Assembly (NCBI GenBank): GCA_038087875.1
Contig: CM075995.1
Span: 9,860,001 to 9,924,000 of the forward strand
Direction: 5' to 3'
Length of the DNA: 64,000 bases
Source: Malacoraja senta
Lineage: Eukaryota
Part shown: positions 39,383 to 51,859 of the stretch, piece by piece
Numbering within the stretch: position 1 is the stretch's first letter
Layout of the letters: each line of letters starts with the position of its first letter
The notes under the pieces: model-generated
What the model was told of the DNA's origin: nothing
The model's database searches: none
Seen by the model: the letters and a program-made list of their open reading frames with translations, nothing else
Position numbers and translations under genes: made by a program

Positions 39383-41548
39383 AACATAGAAACATAGAAA
39401 ATAGGTGCAGGAGTAGGCCATTCGGCCCTTCGAGCCTGCACCACCATTCAATATGATCATGGCTGATCATCCAACTCAGCCCCTGATCCCTTTAGCCACA
39501 AGGGCCACATCTAACTCCCTCTTAAATATAGCCAATTAACTGGCCTCAACTACCTTCTGTGGCAGAGAATTCCAGAGATTCACCAATCTCTGTGTGAAAA
39601 ATGTTTTTCTCATCTCGGTACTAAAAGACTTCCCCCCTTATCTTTAAACTGTGACCCCTTGTTCTGGACTTCCCCCAACATCGGGAACAATCTTCCTGCA
39701 TCTAGCCTGTCCAACCCCTTAAGAATTTTGTAAGTTTCTATTAGATACCCCCTCAATCTTCTAAATTCTAGCGAGTACAAGTCGAGTCTATCCAGTCTTT
39801 CTTCATATGAAAGTCCTGACATCCCAGGAATCAGTCTGGTGAACCTTCTCTGTACTCCCTCTATGGCAAGAATGTCTTTCCTCAGATTAGGAGACCAAAA
39901 CTGTACGCAATACTCCAGGTGTGGTCTCACCAAGACCCTGCACAACTGCAGTAGAACCTCCCTGCTCCTATACTCAAATCCTTTTGCTATGAATGCTAAC
40001 ATACCATTCGCTTTCTTCACTGCCTGCTGCACCTGCATGCCTACTTTCAATGACTGGTGTACCATGACACCCAGGTCTCGTTACATCTCCCCTTTTCCTA
40101 ATCGGCCACCATTCAGATAATAGTCTACTTTCCTGTTTTTGCCACCAAAGTGGAGAACCTCACATTTATCCACATTATACTGCATCTGCCATGCATTTGC
40201 CCACTCACCCAACCTATCCAATTCACCTTGCACCCTCCTAGCATCCTCCTCACAGCTAACAATGCCGCCCAGCTTTGTGTCATCCGCAAACTTGGAGATG
40301 TTGCATTCAATTCCCTCATCCAAATCATTAATATATATTGTAAATAGCTGGGGTCCCAGCACTGAGCCTTGCGGTACCCGCCATTAACTACCTGCCATTC
40401 TGAAAGGGACCCGTTTATTCCTAGTCTTTGCTTCCTGTCTGCCAGCCAGTTCTCTATCCACATCAATACCGAACCCCCAATACCGTGTGCTTTAAGTTTG
40501 TATGCTAATCTCTTATGTGGGACCTTGTCGAAAGCCTTCTGAAAATCCAGATATATCACATCCACTGGTTCTCCCTTATCCACTCTACTAGTTACATCCT
40601 CGAAAAATTCTATAAGATTCGTCAGACATGATTTACCTTTCATAAATCCATGCTGACTGTCCAATGATTTCACCACTTTCCAAATGTGCTGCTATCCCAT
40701 CTTTAATAACTGACTCTAGCAGTTTCCCCACTACCGATGTTAGACTAACTGGTCTGTAATTCCCCGTTTTCTCTCACCCTCCCTTTTTAAAAAGTGGGGT
40801 TACATTAGCTACCCTCCAATCCTCAGGAACTACTCCAGAATGTAAAGAGTTTGAAAAATTATCACTAATGCATCCACTATTTCTGTGGCTACTTCCTTAA
40901 GCACTCTGGGATGCAGCCTATCTGGCTCTGTGGATTTATCGACCTTTAATCCATTCAATTTACGTAACACCACTTCCCGGCTAACCTGGATTTCACTCAG
41001 TTCCTCCCTCATTTGACCCCCGGTCCCCTGCTATTTCCGTCAGATTATTTATGTCTTCCTTAGTGAAGACAGAACCAAAGTAGTTATTCAATTGGTCTGC
41101 CATGTCCTTGTTTCCCATGATCAATTCACCTGTTTCTGACTGCAAGGGACCTACATTTGTTTTGACTAATCTTTTTCTCTTCACAAATCTATAAAACTTT
41201 TGCAGTCAGTTTTTATGTTCCCTGCCAGTTTTCTTTCATAATCTATTTTCCCTTTCCTAATTAAGCCCTTTGTCCTCCTCTGCTGGAGTCTGAATTTCTC
41301 CCAGTCCTCTGGTAGGCTGCTTTTTCTGGCTAATTTGTATGTTTCATCTTTGTTTTGATACTATCCCTGATTTTCCTTGTTATCCACGGATGCACTACTT
41401 CCCTGATTTATTCTTTTGCCACACAGGGATAAACAATTGTTGTAGTTCATCCATGCAGTCTTGGAATGCCTTCCATTGCATATCCACCGTCACCCTTTAA
41501 GAATCAATTGCCAGTCTATCTTGGCCTATTCACGTCTCATACCCTCAT
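39383..41548 (-). mobile_element. Young CR1 LINE, 5'-truncated
   Basis: Closely similar to the + copy at 57933-60278; (TTTCTATG)n tail; several frameshifts. Confidence 0.95.
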
Positions 41549-41549
41549 T

Positions 41550-42790
41550 CACAGGTCGCATTCAGAGTATAGTGTTTAGTTCTGGGCACCATGTTATAGG
41601 AAAGATATTGTCAAGCTGGAAAGGGTACAGCGAAGATTTACGAGGATGTTGCCAGGACTAGAGGGTGTGAGCTATTGGGAGAGGTTGAGTAGACTGGGAC
41701 TCCATTCCTTGGAGCGCAGGAGAATGAGTGGTGATTTTATAGAGGTGTATATAATCATGAGAGGAATAGATCAGGTAAATGCACTCTTGCCCAGACAGAC
41801 CTTTTCACACAAAGGGTGGTGGGTGTATGGAACAAGCTGCCAAAGGGTGATAGTTGAGGCAGGGACTATCGTACATTTAAGAAACAGTTAGACAGGTACA
41901 TGGATAGGACAGGTTTGGAGGGGTTGGGACCAAATGAGGGCAGGTGGGACTCGTGTAGCTGGGACATGTTGGCCAATGTGGGCAAGTTTGATTGTAGGGC
42001 CTGTTTCCACACTGTATCACTCACTCTATGACTAAGTCGTATCGGCAGTAAGGAAGGCAAATGCAATGCTAGTGTTTATTTCGAGAGGACTGGAATATAA
42101 AAACAGGGATGTAATGCTGAGGCTTTATAAGGCACTGGTCAGACCGGAGTCTTGGAGTATTGTGAGCAGTTTTGGACATCATATCTGATGAAGGATGTGC
42201 TGGCGTTGGAGAGGACCCATAGGTTTACGAGAATTATCCCAGGAATGGGTGGATTAACATATGATGAGCGTTTGACGGCACTGAGCCTATACTCGCTGGA
42301 GTTTAGAAGGATGAGGGGAGACCCCATTGAAACTTACCAAATATTGAAAGGCCTGGATAGAGTGGACGTGGAGAGGATGTTTCCACCACTGGAAGAGTCT
42401 TGGTCCAGAAGCCATAGCCTCAGAATAAAATGGCCTACCTTTAGAAAGGTGATGAGCAGATGGCTGTGGAGGCCATTTTAAGGTGGAGATTGACAGATTC
42501 TTGATTATTAAGAGTGTTGGGGGCTATGGGGATAAGGCAGGACAAAGGGGTTGAGAGGGAAAGATAGATCAGCCATGATTGAATGGCAGTGTAGAACGGC
42601 CGAATGGCCTAATTCTGCTTCCATAATTAATGGACATGGAGATTATTTCAGATAATTGCAAAGCGTTGTATTTGGGACAACAAGCAATAGACAATAGACA
42701 ATAGGTGCAGGAGTAGGCCATTCGGCCCTTATAGCCAGCACCACCATTCAATGTGATCATGGCTGATCATCCGCAATCAGTACCCCGTTA
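41550..42790. mobile_element. Further CR1 3' fragments
   Basis: ORFs 41646-41891 and 42152-42481 carry CR1 C-terminal motifs; isolated minus-strand CR1 3'UTR at ~42685-42790. Confidence 0.85.
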
Positions 42791-42842
42791 ACCAGGTAAA
42801 CCACGGCAAAACTTACACATTAAATGATAGGGTCATGGGAAG

Positions 42843-45712
42843 TCATCATCATCATTGGCAGTCACTCAAAACGAGTATGACTGTCCTCTCCTCTCCATAG
42901 GGTCGTCTACTTGTGGGTCTGCAGATGTTTGTAGAGGCCAATCAATCCTGCGATCCACACACCTTAGTGCAAAGTAGGCAGTGGAGACTGGCAGTGGTTG
43001 GTAGTCATCGAGCCCATGGGCGGAAATCCTGGGGTGTCCCCCCCCCCCATGTTTTGAAAGGTGGGGGACAATCCCCCCCTATGTTTTGTGAAACATGTTG
43101 CAGCAAAACTGCCACCACAGCCAGCTCCATGATGGTAAGTCCACAGGCTCTGTGACCGGAGCCCTCAAGGTCAATTCCAGTTGGAGGCCACCAGCTCCTA
43201 GAATCTCGCCTGCTCGGGACTGCTGTAGCACCCAGGTCAGCTCGCCTGCCCCGGGACCGGCTGTAGCGCCCAGGTCGGCTGGCAGGTCTGGCTGTAGCGC
43301 CCAGGTCACCTGCGTCCCCCAGGACTGGCTGCAGTTCCTAGGTCACGAAAACGAATTGAAAAAAAATACGCCGGATAATTTTGGGTTACGGGCCGCATGC
43401 GGCCTTGGGCCGAGGTTGCTGACCCCTACCCTAGATGTTGGGCCTCATTGTGTGTCTGTCCCCCCCCCCCCCATGTTTTAAAAAGTGATTTAAAAAGCCC
43501 CCTTCTCTCTCTCCTTACGGTGCTGTCGCTTTGTGTCTGTGACACGGCGTAGCTCCGTTTCATGACGTGCAGCTCCTTCCTGCATGGATTTCTTCCAGGA
43601 ACGCCTGTCCAGTGCAATTTGGTCCCAGTTGCTCGATGTGATGTGGAATTTCTTCAAACTGTTCTTGATGTTGTCCTTGAAGTGTTTCTTGGCCCGCCGG
43701 GAGCTCGCCGACCTTCCTTCAGTTGAGAGTATAGGATCTGTTTAGGGAGACGTGTGTTGGACATGCGGATGACATGGCCAGTCCATTGAAGTTGGTGCTG
43801 CATTATTGTGGTGGTGTTGCTGGTCATGTTGGTTTCCTCCAAAACGCTGATGTTGGTGCGTTTGTCATCCCAGCTGATCCTCAGAATCTTTCGTAGGGAT
43901 CTTTGATGGTATTGTTCCAGGGCTCTCAGGTGCCTGCTGTAGGTGGTCCATGACTCGGCTCCATACAACAGGGTGGTAGGACACGGCTCTGTAAACCAGC
44001 AGTTTTGTTTGAGCCTTTAGGTCTCGGTCTTCAAAGAATCTTTTCCTGAATCTGGCGTAGGCTCCGCTGGCAGAACTCAGGTGATGGTTGACCTCAGAGT
44101 CGATGTCAGCTTTTTGAGGAAAGAATGCTGCAAGGTAGGGGAAATGGTCAACGTTTTCAAGAAGTGGTGTTGTCCACTTTTATAGTGGGCTGGGTAGACG
44201 GCTGGTTGGGTGGAGGTTGATGTAGGACCTGGGTCTTCTTTGTGTTCAAGGCTAGGTCCATGTATGGCTGTATGCCTTGGCAAACACATTCAGGATGCCC
44301 TGAAGGTCTTCTGCAGAGTGTGTTGCAATGGCGCAGTCGTCCGCGTACTGAAGCTCCATGATGGCAGTGTTACTGACTTTGCTCTTGGCCTTCAACCTAT
44401 TAGGGTTGAAGAGACCACTGTCAGTTCTGTAGAGGATTGGGATCCCCTGTGGCAGCTCTTCACCAATGAGGTGAAGTATGGCAGCAATGAAGACGACAAA
44501 CAGGGTGGGTGCATTGATGCATCCCTGTTTGATCACCGTTTCCACAGTGAAGGCCTCGGACGCAGAGCAACAATTGCTGAGCACTGTGACCGACATGCCA
44601 TCATGTAGAAGCCTCAATATTCTGATGCACTTGTCGTGGCAACCGTACCTTGATAGTATGCTCCAAAGAGCCTGGCGGTCTACCGAGTCAAAAGCCTTTG
44701 TCAGGTCAATGAAGGCCACGTACAAAGGCTGCCTTTGTTCACGGCATTTTTCCTGGAGTCAGGGCATGCTGTGAATATCATGTCTGCTGTACCTCTGGAT
44801 GGGCGGAGGCCACACTGTGATTCTGGGAGTATCTCCTCAGACAGTGGTAGAAGTCGGTTTCCAGGGACACGAGCAAGTACTTTGCCTGTTGTTGACAGGA
44901 GCGAGATGCCCCTGTAGTATCACATTCAGCCTTGTCCCCTTCTTGAAAATGGTTACAATTAGAGCATCCCTGGGTTCTGAGGGAAGTTCTTATTTTTCCT
45001 AGACCTTGAGGAGTAGGGCGTGGATGTGGTACAGGAGCTCCGGTCCACCTTCCTTTAAGATCTCATCTGGACCAGTGGCCTTGTTGTTCTTAAGGCTCTT
45101 GATGGCATCTTGAACCTTTGTCATAGTGGGATGTTCTTCCATGTCTACTCTGATGGGACTCTGAGGGATGTGGTGGGGTAATGTCTGGTTCAGTTGTGCT
45201 GTCACAGATGAGGAGTTCCTGGAAGTGCTCTTCCATCGAGCTTTAATGGACTCATTGTCCTTCAGCAGTTCTTGTCCGTTCTTTGAGCGCAGGGGGTTTA
45301 AGCTGCGGTAGCTTGGACCATAGACGGCCTTAGTAGCGCTGAAGAAGCCTCTGGTGTCACCCAAGTCTGCCAGTCTCTGGATTTCCAGAGCGATTTCTGT
45401 CCACCAAGAGTTCTTAAGCTCCCTCACCCGTCTCTGGACGTCCGCCTTGGCTCTGGAGAGAGCTGCTCTTTTGGCCTTGCAGGTTACATCATTTTGCCAG
45501 GCACGAAAGGCTTTCCTTTTCTTGGAGATGAGCTGTTCTATCTCTGCCATTCTCGTCAAACCAGTCCTGGTGTTTTCTGGACTTGCACCCAAGAATGGTT
45601 TTGCAGGTATCAAGGATGGTAGATTTGAGCCAGCTCCAGTGCTCTTCGATGTCATCAGGATATTCCTGCTGCAGGCTTTCCCCAAGAGAAGCCGGAAGTC
45701 GCTGCTGGGTGC
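42843..45712 (-). mobile_element. RTE-clade (BovB-like) LINE, degenerate
   Basis: KHQDWFDEN, AFIDLTKAFDSVDR, KQGCINAPTLF, LQYADD, YGAESWT..LRKIL.I.W.D, RLPKQILYSQL; (TGA)n tail; contains a MITE-like insertion at ~43015-43490. Confidence 0.88.
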
Positions 45713-47440
45713 TCACAATGACAAGGAATTTGTTATCCTGAATGTGTATACACCCTATGAATGCCATCAGAATGAGGACGAATATTTAAATAGGCTTGCT
45801 TTCATCTATTCTTTTATTCAAAACAATAATTATTGTAGTGTATATGTCATTGGGGATATGAATGCAGATATCTCAGATAGGAACTCATTATTTGCCAATC
45901 ATATGGCTCAGTTCTGTCAAGATAATAATTTAATATTGTCAAGCAAAGTGTTTTTACCTACAGATAGTTATACTTATATTAGTGAGGCCTGGCATTCTAT
46001 GTCATGGCTGGACCACTGTATTAGTACAGCTGATGCACATGCCTCATTGGGGTGTATGAGCATTTTGTATGGGGCAGCAATGACTGATCATATACCTGAG
46101 GCAATGGCAATAAATGTTGAACACATACCTGTGGTATCTATAGATAGAAATATCTTTAACACAGAAAAACTGGACTGATCAACGCTCATAAAGGAAGACA
46201 TCCTAGCCTATTATGCCCATACAGATAAATCCTTAAGCAATATTCATCTACCTAAAGATGCAACAATGTGTAGTAATGTTAATTGTAAGGATATGAAGCA
46301 CAGGAGAGATATCTGCTCCATGTATAATGATATAGTAAGCGCTTTATATGTCGGCAGTAAGCCCTACTGCAAGCATAAAAATAAGACATAACATCAGGCC
46401 TGGCTGGAATCAGTATGTAGCTGAGTATCATGCTGAAGCCCGTGAAGCCACTAAATCATGGGCTATGGCAGGTAGACCCAGACAGGGGCCTGTGTTTGAG
46501 TACAAGAAGCTCACTAATGCAAGGTATAAGTATGCTATTCGCTTCATCTGTAAAAATGAGCAAGCTATGAGGGCTGATTCCATGGCTAAGAAGCTGCTAA
46601 ATAACAATGCTACTGATTTTTGGAAAGAAGTGAGAGCTCTTAACAGTTGCAAAACATCTCTACCATGCACTGTAGATGGAATCTCCGGAACAGCTAATAT
46701 CGCGGAGTTATGGCGACAACTTTATAGTACTTTATTCAACTGTGTCCAAGGTGATTTGTATAGGGTGGACAATATTGAGAGTAATGACTCAATGGTGATT
46801 ATGCCACATGAGGTGTATCATGCCATGAACAAGCTGTCCAACAACAAAGCAAGTGGCTTGGATCATATTTCTGCTGAACATCTGAAGTATGCGAGTATGA
46901 GGATAGCTCCTCTCCTTGCTCTTTGTTTTATTCGCTTTATGATTCATGGCTTGTCACTAGACTCCATGTTGTCTGTTTTGTTAGTGCCGGTCATTAAGGA
47001 CAAAGCTGGTAAAGTAGGCAGCCTAAATAATTACAGGCCCATAGCTTTAGCCAGCATATTGTCAAAGTCTTAGAAAGAGTTCTGCTGGAATAGAGTAAAT
47101 GAGTTTGTTAACTCCACAGATAACCAGTTTGGTTTTAAAGCTAAACATGGCACTGACTTATGCATAATATGCCCTAAAGGAGATTGTAAACAAATATAGA
47201 GGCAAAACCTCTTCAATCCTTATGTGCTTTATTTGATGCTTCCAAAGCCTTTGACCGTGTTAATCACAGAAAGCTGTTTGTTAAAATGAGTCAAAGAGCG
47301 GTGCCTAAATACATTGTGAGAATTCTGGCTTACTGGTATGCCCACCAGACTATGCAAATAAAATGGGGCAATGGGGTCTCAGCCCCATTTGGGGTTAGCA
47401 TTGATGTTTGACAAGGGGGGATTTTGTCCCCAGTCCTTTT

Positions 47441-48021
47441 TTTTATTTTATTTTTTTATTTTATTTATTAGAAGTACATTACATTTTCATGGTACCTTTT
47501 TACGGGTTCCCAGAATTATTAAAACATTCTTTGCACAACTTCCTTTTTTAAATTTTTTTAGAAAGAAATGTGAAAGAAAGAAGTAGTGAAGAGTAAAGGA
47601 AAGTCTAGTGAGTGTGAGGTAAAGAAAAGAAATAAGTAAGAAAGTGAAGCAGAAAGGAGATTCTCCCTCGCCACAAGTCGATGCTTTTTTATATTCTTAA
47701 TCATTTTTCGCCCAAACCCAGAATTTTTTAATTTTACGATACTATTGCACCACATGAATCCACAAGGTCAATAAATGGAGACCCTCGTTAAGAATTGGTC
47801 TTGTTTATCTATTAGGAGGAGTCTCATTTCTTCCAAGTGGGCAGTTTCCAACATATTACCAATCCACATTTTGAGTGTTGGTATAGTAGCATTTTTCCAA
47901 AATTTAAGTATGAGTTTTTTTTGCTGTTATTAAACCATAATTAAAAAATGAAATTTGGGATATATTTAATTTGTTTCCATCTCCTATTACTCCGAAGATA
48001 ATCATTTCCATATTAGGTTCC
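47441..48021 (-). mobile_element. L1 3' fragment, third subfamily
   Basis: Minus strand LILKFWKNATIPTLKMWIGNMLETAHLEEMRLL; TSD atttt(g/a)tccccagtccttttt at 47421 and 48022. Confidence 0.88.
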
Positions 48022-48354
48022 ATTTTATCCCCAGTCCTTTTTAATCTATATGTTGATGATCTGTCCAAACAATTGAAAGCCTGTAAAACTGGGTGCGTGA
48101 TTGGTAATATTTTAATGAACCATATTATGTATGCAGATGATCTTGTGGTCTTTAGTCCATCTGGCGCTGGTTTACAGCAGCTCCTTACTATATGTTCTGT
48201 GTATGGTGTGGAACATTATATTAAATATAATGCTTGTAAGAGTGCTGTTATGATCTGTAGAACCAAAGAGGATAAATGTCTAAAATTTCCTGATTTTAAA
48301 TTGTCTGACAATAATCTTAGTGTCTGTAATAAGGTAAAATATATTGGGCATTTT

Positions 48355-49175
48355 ACATAGAACATAGAAAATAGGTGCAGGAGCAGGCCATTCAGCCCTT
48401 CGAGCCTGCACCGCCATTCAATATGATCATGGCTGATCATCCAACTCAGTATCCTGTACTTGCTTTCTCTCCATACCCCCTGAATCCCTTTAGCCACTAG
48501 GGCCACATCTAACTCCCTCTTAAATATAGCCAATGAACTGGCCTCAACTACCTTCTGTGGCAGAGAATTCCAGAGATTCACCACTCTCTGTGTGAAAAAT
48601 GTTTTTCTCATTTCGGTCCTAAAAGATTCCCCCCTTATCCTTAAACTGTGACCCCTTGTTCTTGGCTTCCCCAACATCGGGAACAATCTTCCTGCATCTA
48701 GCCTGTCCAACCCCTTAAGAATTTTGTAAGTTTCTATAAGATCCCCCCTCAATCTTCTAAATTCTAGCGCGTACAAGCCGAGGCTATCCAGTCTTTCTTC
48801 ATATGAAAGTCCTGACATCCCAGGAATCAGTCTGGTGAACCTTCTCTGTACTCCCTCTATGGCAAGAATGTCTTTCCTCAGATATGGAGACCCAAAACTG
48901 TACACAATAATTCCAGGTGTGGTCTCACCAAGACCCTGTACAACTGCAGTAGAACCTCCCTGCTCCTATACTCAAATCCTTTTGCTAGGAATGCTAACAT
49001 ACCATTCGCTTTCTTCACTGCCTGCTGCACCTGCATGCCTACTTTAAATGACTGGTGTACCATGACACACAGGTCTCGTTGCATCTCCCCTTTTCCTAAT
49101 CGGCCACCATTCAGATAAGAATCAATGCCAGTCTATCTGGCCAATCACGTCTCATTTTTATCAGGAACAAATGAC
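48355..49175 (-). mobile_element. Young CR1 3' fragment
   Basis: ORF 48216-48905; same subfamily as 39383-41548. Confidence 0.92.
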
Positions 49176-49417
49176 AGATGAGGATATTTATAGGCAACGA
49201 CGTATGCTGTATGTACAGGCGAATATTCTCTTGTGTAAGTTTGGTGCGTGTACAGATGTGGTGAAGATGTCGCTGTTTAGAGCATAGTGCACACCACTCT
49301 ATACTGCGCATCTGTGGTCCAAACTATGGAAAGACAAGTTTGCAGAGACTAAATGGTGTCATATAATGATGCCATGAGAACACTGCTAAGGAAACCTAGA
49401 TGGTGTAGTGCTAGTAA

Positions 49418-50453
49418 TAGGTATGTTACAAAACTTACCTTCAGCGGCGCTGCAGTTCTGTCACTGCTCGTGTGCGCGACTTTGGCGCCTTTGAGAGGGG
49501 GGCGGGTTTAAAATGCGATATTTCGGCAGCCTATTCAAATCGATGTCTGTCAGATAAATTAGCTGCTAAAGAAAAATCGCTTTGACTGCTGTTTTATTAA
49601 GTTTATTAAAATTAGCGCTGATAATTAAATAGTTGGAGTAAAATCAAAATCATCTTCAAATGCCGTCAACGCCGACAACGGGACGGATTTCACGCACGGG
49701 ACAAGGGAAGGTACGCTGTTTATTTTTTCATATAAACTTGCTTCTTAGGATGCCTTTAATAAAAATTTCACGTTGCGAAAATGTGATTATTTACATATAC
49801 CAACCGGTAGTATTTTTCCTGCCGATATTGGGGTTTAATTCACTGCAACCGCAACGTTCCAAACCAGCGCGTTCCACAAAATCCACTCGCAAGATGATTT
49901 AAATGCCCATTAATTTACAGGAATTAAACACTAAATTCCTTCCATTTGGCCTATAAATTAATGACAATGAGATTTCAAAATAATGTTATATTGTGAATTA
50001 TTGTGTGAATGTTATTTGGACTTAGGCTTTTTAAAAATGTTAACTTTTTCTTAAGAAATGGATAGATATTAGATCTAGTAATTGAATTTTGTAATTAGCT
50101 ACAATTGGGTATACTAACTAATATATGCTTTAATTTCAGGTCATCCAAGTAAGATTGTTTCATATTTGTTTCAGAATGCTTCAATCTATAATAACTGAAA
50201 ATGTCATTAAGTTCTCTTAATTTTAAGAAGTTATTGGCTTTTGACTGTCCTTGATCACAGCTTTTGTGTTAAGTCAATGGAAAAGCAATAGGAACAAGAT
50301 GCTAATTTCCGAGTATGAAAATGGCCATAACTTTTTTAATACTGAAGATATGAAAGTGAATTAGGTGTCAAATTAAACTTCTTTTTATGCTTTATCTGAT
50401 GGGATAAATTGCAGACTTGATTTTTAAAATCTCAAAATTTTCTAACATTGCTA
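49418..50453. mobile_element. Non-autonomous TIR DNA transposon
   Basis: Imperfect TIRs TAGGTATGTTACAAAACTT / TAGCAATGTTAGAAAATTT; CTAGTAA duplicated at 49411-49417 and 50454-50460; interrupts the host LINE. Confidence 0.75.
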
Positions 50454-51768
50454 CTAGTAACTGTTTGTGGCTGCAGGGTCAGTACTTTAGAAGCTATCCT
50501 AAGAAATCATATGTATAAATTCATTTGCAGGATAAATGACTCTAATAATGTAATTATTGTGGCCATGTCAAACATAAGGTTTAGCACATACACGCTACGA
50601 ATCCCACTTGTGGAGACACTGGTATCGTTGTCTCGTTGTAGACATTGATTATCCTTTTTATTCTGGATTTTTAATTCATGTATTGTGTTTTAAAAAAATA
50701 TATAATTTATGATGCTTTTATGTGATATACTACGATTTTATATGTACTTTATGATGTTTTTAATATGCAATGTATTTTTATGTAATGTCCCTTGTCTGCA
50801 CCTTGCATCCGAATAAAGTTTATTATTATTATCTTTAGGTACAGGTACCTAGTTCTTTGTTCAAAGGGACTTTGAACAAACCACTCATATGTTAGAGATG
50901 AATTTCCCCAGGAGTGGGCTGTGATGTTATAGCTGTTCAAGATGTTGAAAGGGCCACACTGAGTACTGTGTAGTTATGGTATACATGCTACAGGAAGGAA
51001 TATTACACTGGAGAGATGCACAAAAGATTTCCAATAAAGTTGCATGGTATGGAGGGCTCGAGTTAGAACAAGCTGTATAGGATGGGTCTTTATTTATTTG
51101 GAGTGAGTGACGTGATAAACCTTTATAAAATCATGAGGGGACCAGATAGGAGACTGCACCGAGTATTTCTCTCACAGGGAAATTATGAACCAGAGGGCCC
51201 AGGTTGAAGGTGAGAGGGGAAAGATTACAGTATCAGAAGGGTCTGTTTTCGTGCTGTATATCTCTGTGATTCTGCTTGTGACATTCTCTAAGAACTCAAT
51301 CAAGTTATTTTGAAACCAGTTTGCTAAACAAATCCACACCAGTGTTCTTCCAGGCTAATATTTACACTCCAGCTCAGAATGACTTCGAATATTTAGGAGA
51401 AATTTTAATTTAACTTCCAGAAACATGTCGTTATTTCTCCCTCCCCTCCTTTTCAAACAATGCTTGATTTGGTCAGAACCACGCGGCCTCTGCTGGAGTC
51501 CGCCTTGTCACAATATGTGGAATATTTACCTTACCCATGATGTTACATTTCTTGACAATAACTGTGAGGATTATTGGTATTTTCGGAGAGGATGATGACT
51601 CTTGAAAGGAGCTTTTATCTTTGTGGTATTTGATGGCGGCCGATGGCCACAAGATGGCGGACAGGCTTCGTCCCACGTGACCAGGCTGGCGGTGCAGCTC
51701 TCGCGAGAGCCGCTGTGCTGAACTGCCGGGTTTGGCCGGGACGCGCGGAGATCTCGCGGGTAGCGCTC

Positions 51769-51823
51769 GGGACGGGACGGGACGGGACGGGACGGGACGG
51801 GACGGGACGGGACGGGACGGGAC
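51769..51823 (+). repeat. (GGGAC)11 microsatellite
   Basis: Eleven perfect units ending 9 nt before the ATG at 51833. Confidence 0.97.
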
Positions 51824-51832
51824 GGCGGGTGC

Positions 51833-51859
51833 ATGGCGTCGCTGGCGAGCTTCCCTCAG
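51833..51859 (+). CDS. PUF60: Putative first coding exon of the PUF60-like gene (MASLASFPQ)
   Basis: ATGGCG start within the CpG island, donor CAG|GTAATG, phase 0, in frame with the exon at 63952; human PUF60 also has a very short first coding exon (recalled). Confidence 0.6.

Larger units (their letters stand above)
45713..50831 (+). mobile_element. APE/RT LINE, tentatively RTE-X-like, split by three nested insertions
   Basis: VILNVYTPY, VIGDMNAD, WLDHC, TDH; PGWN..W..AGRPRQG; NYRPIALAS, QFGFK, ILSPVLFNLYVDDL, IMYADDLV; AATAAA and (TTA)n tail. The clade name is uncertain. Confidence 0.75.

Noticed and set aside
45354..46178. 274-aa ORF as a novel gene
   Set aside because: Chimera of antisense RTE sequence and the APE domain of the adjacent LINE.
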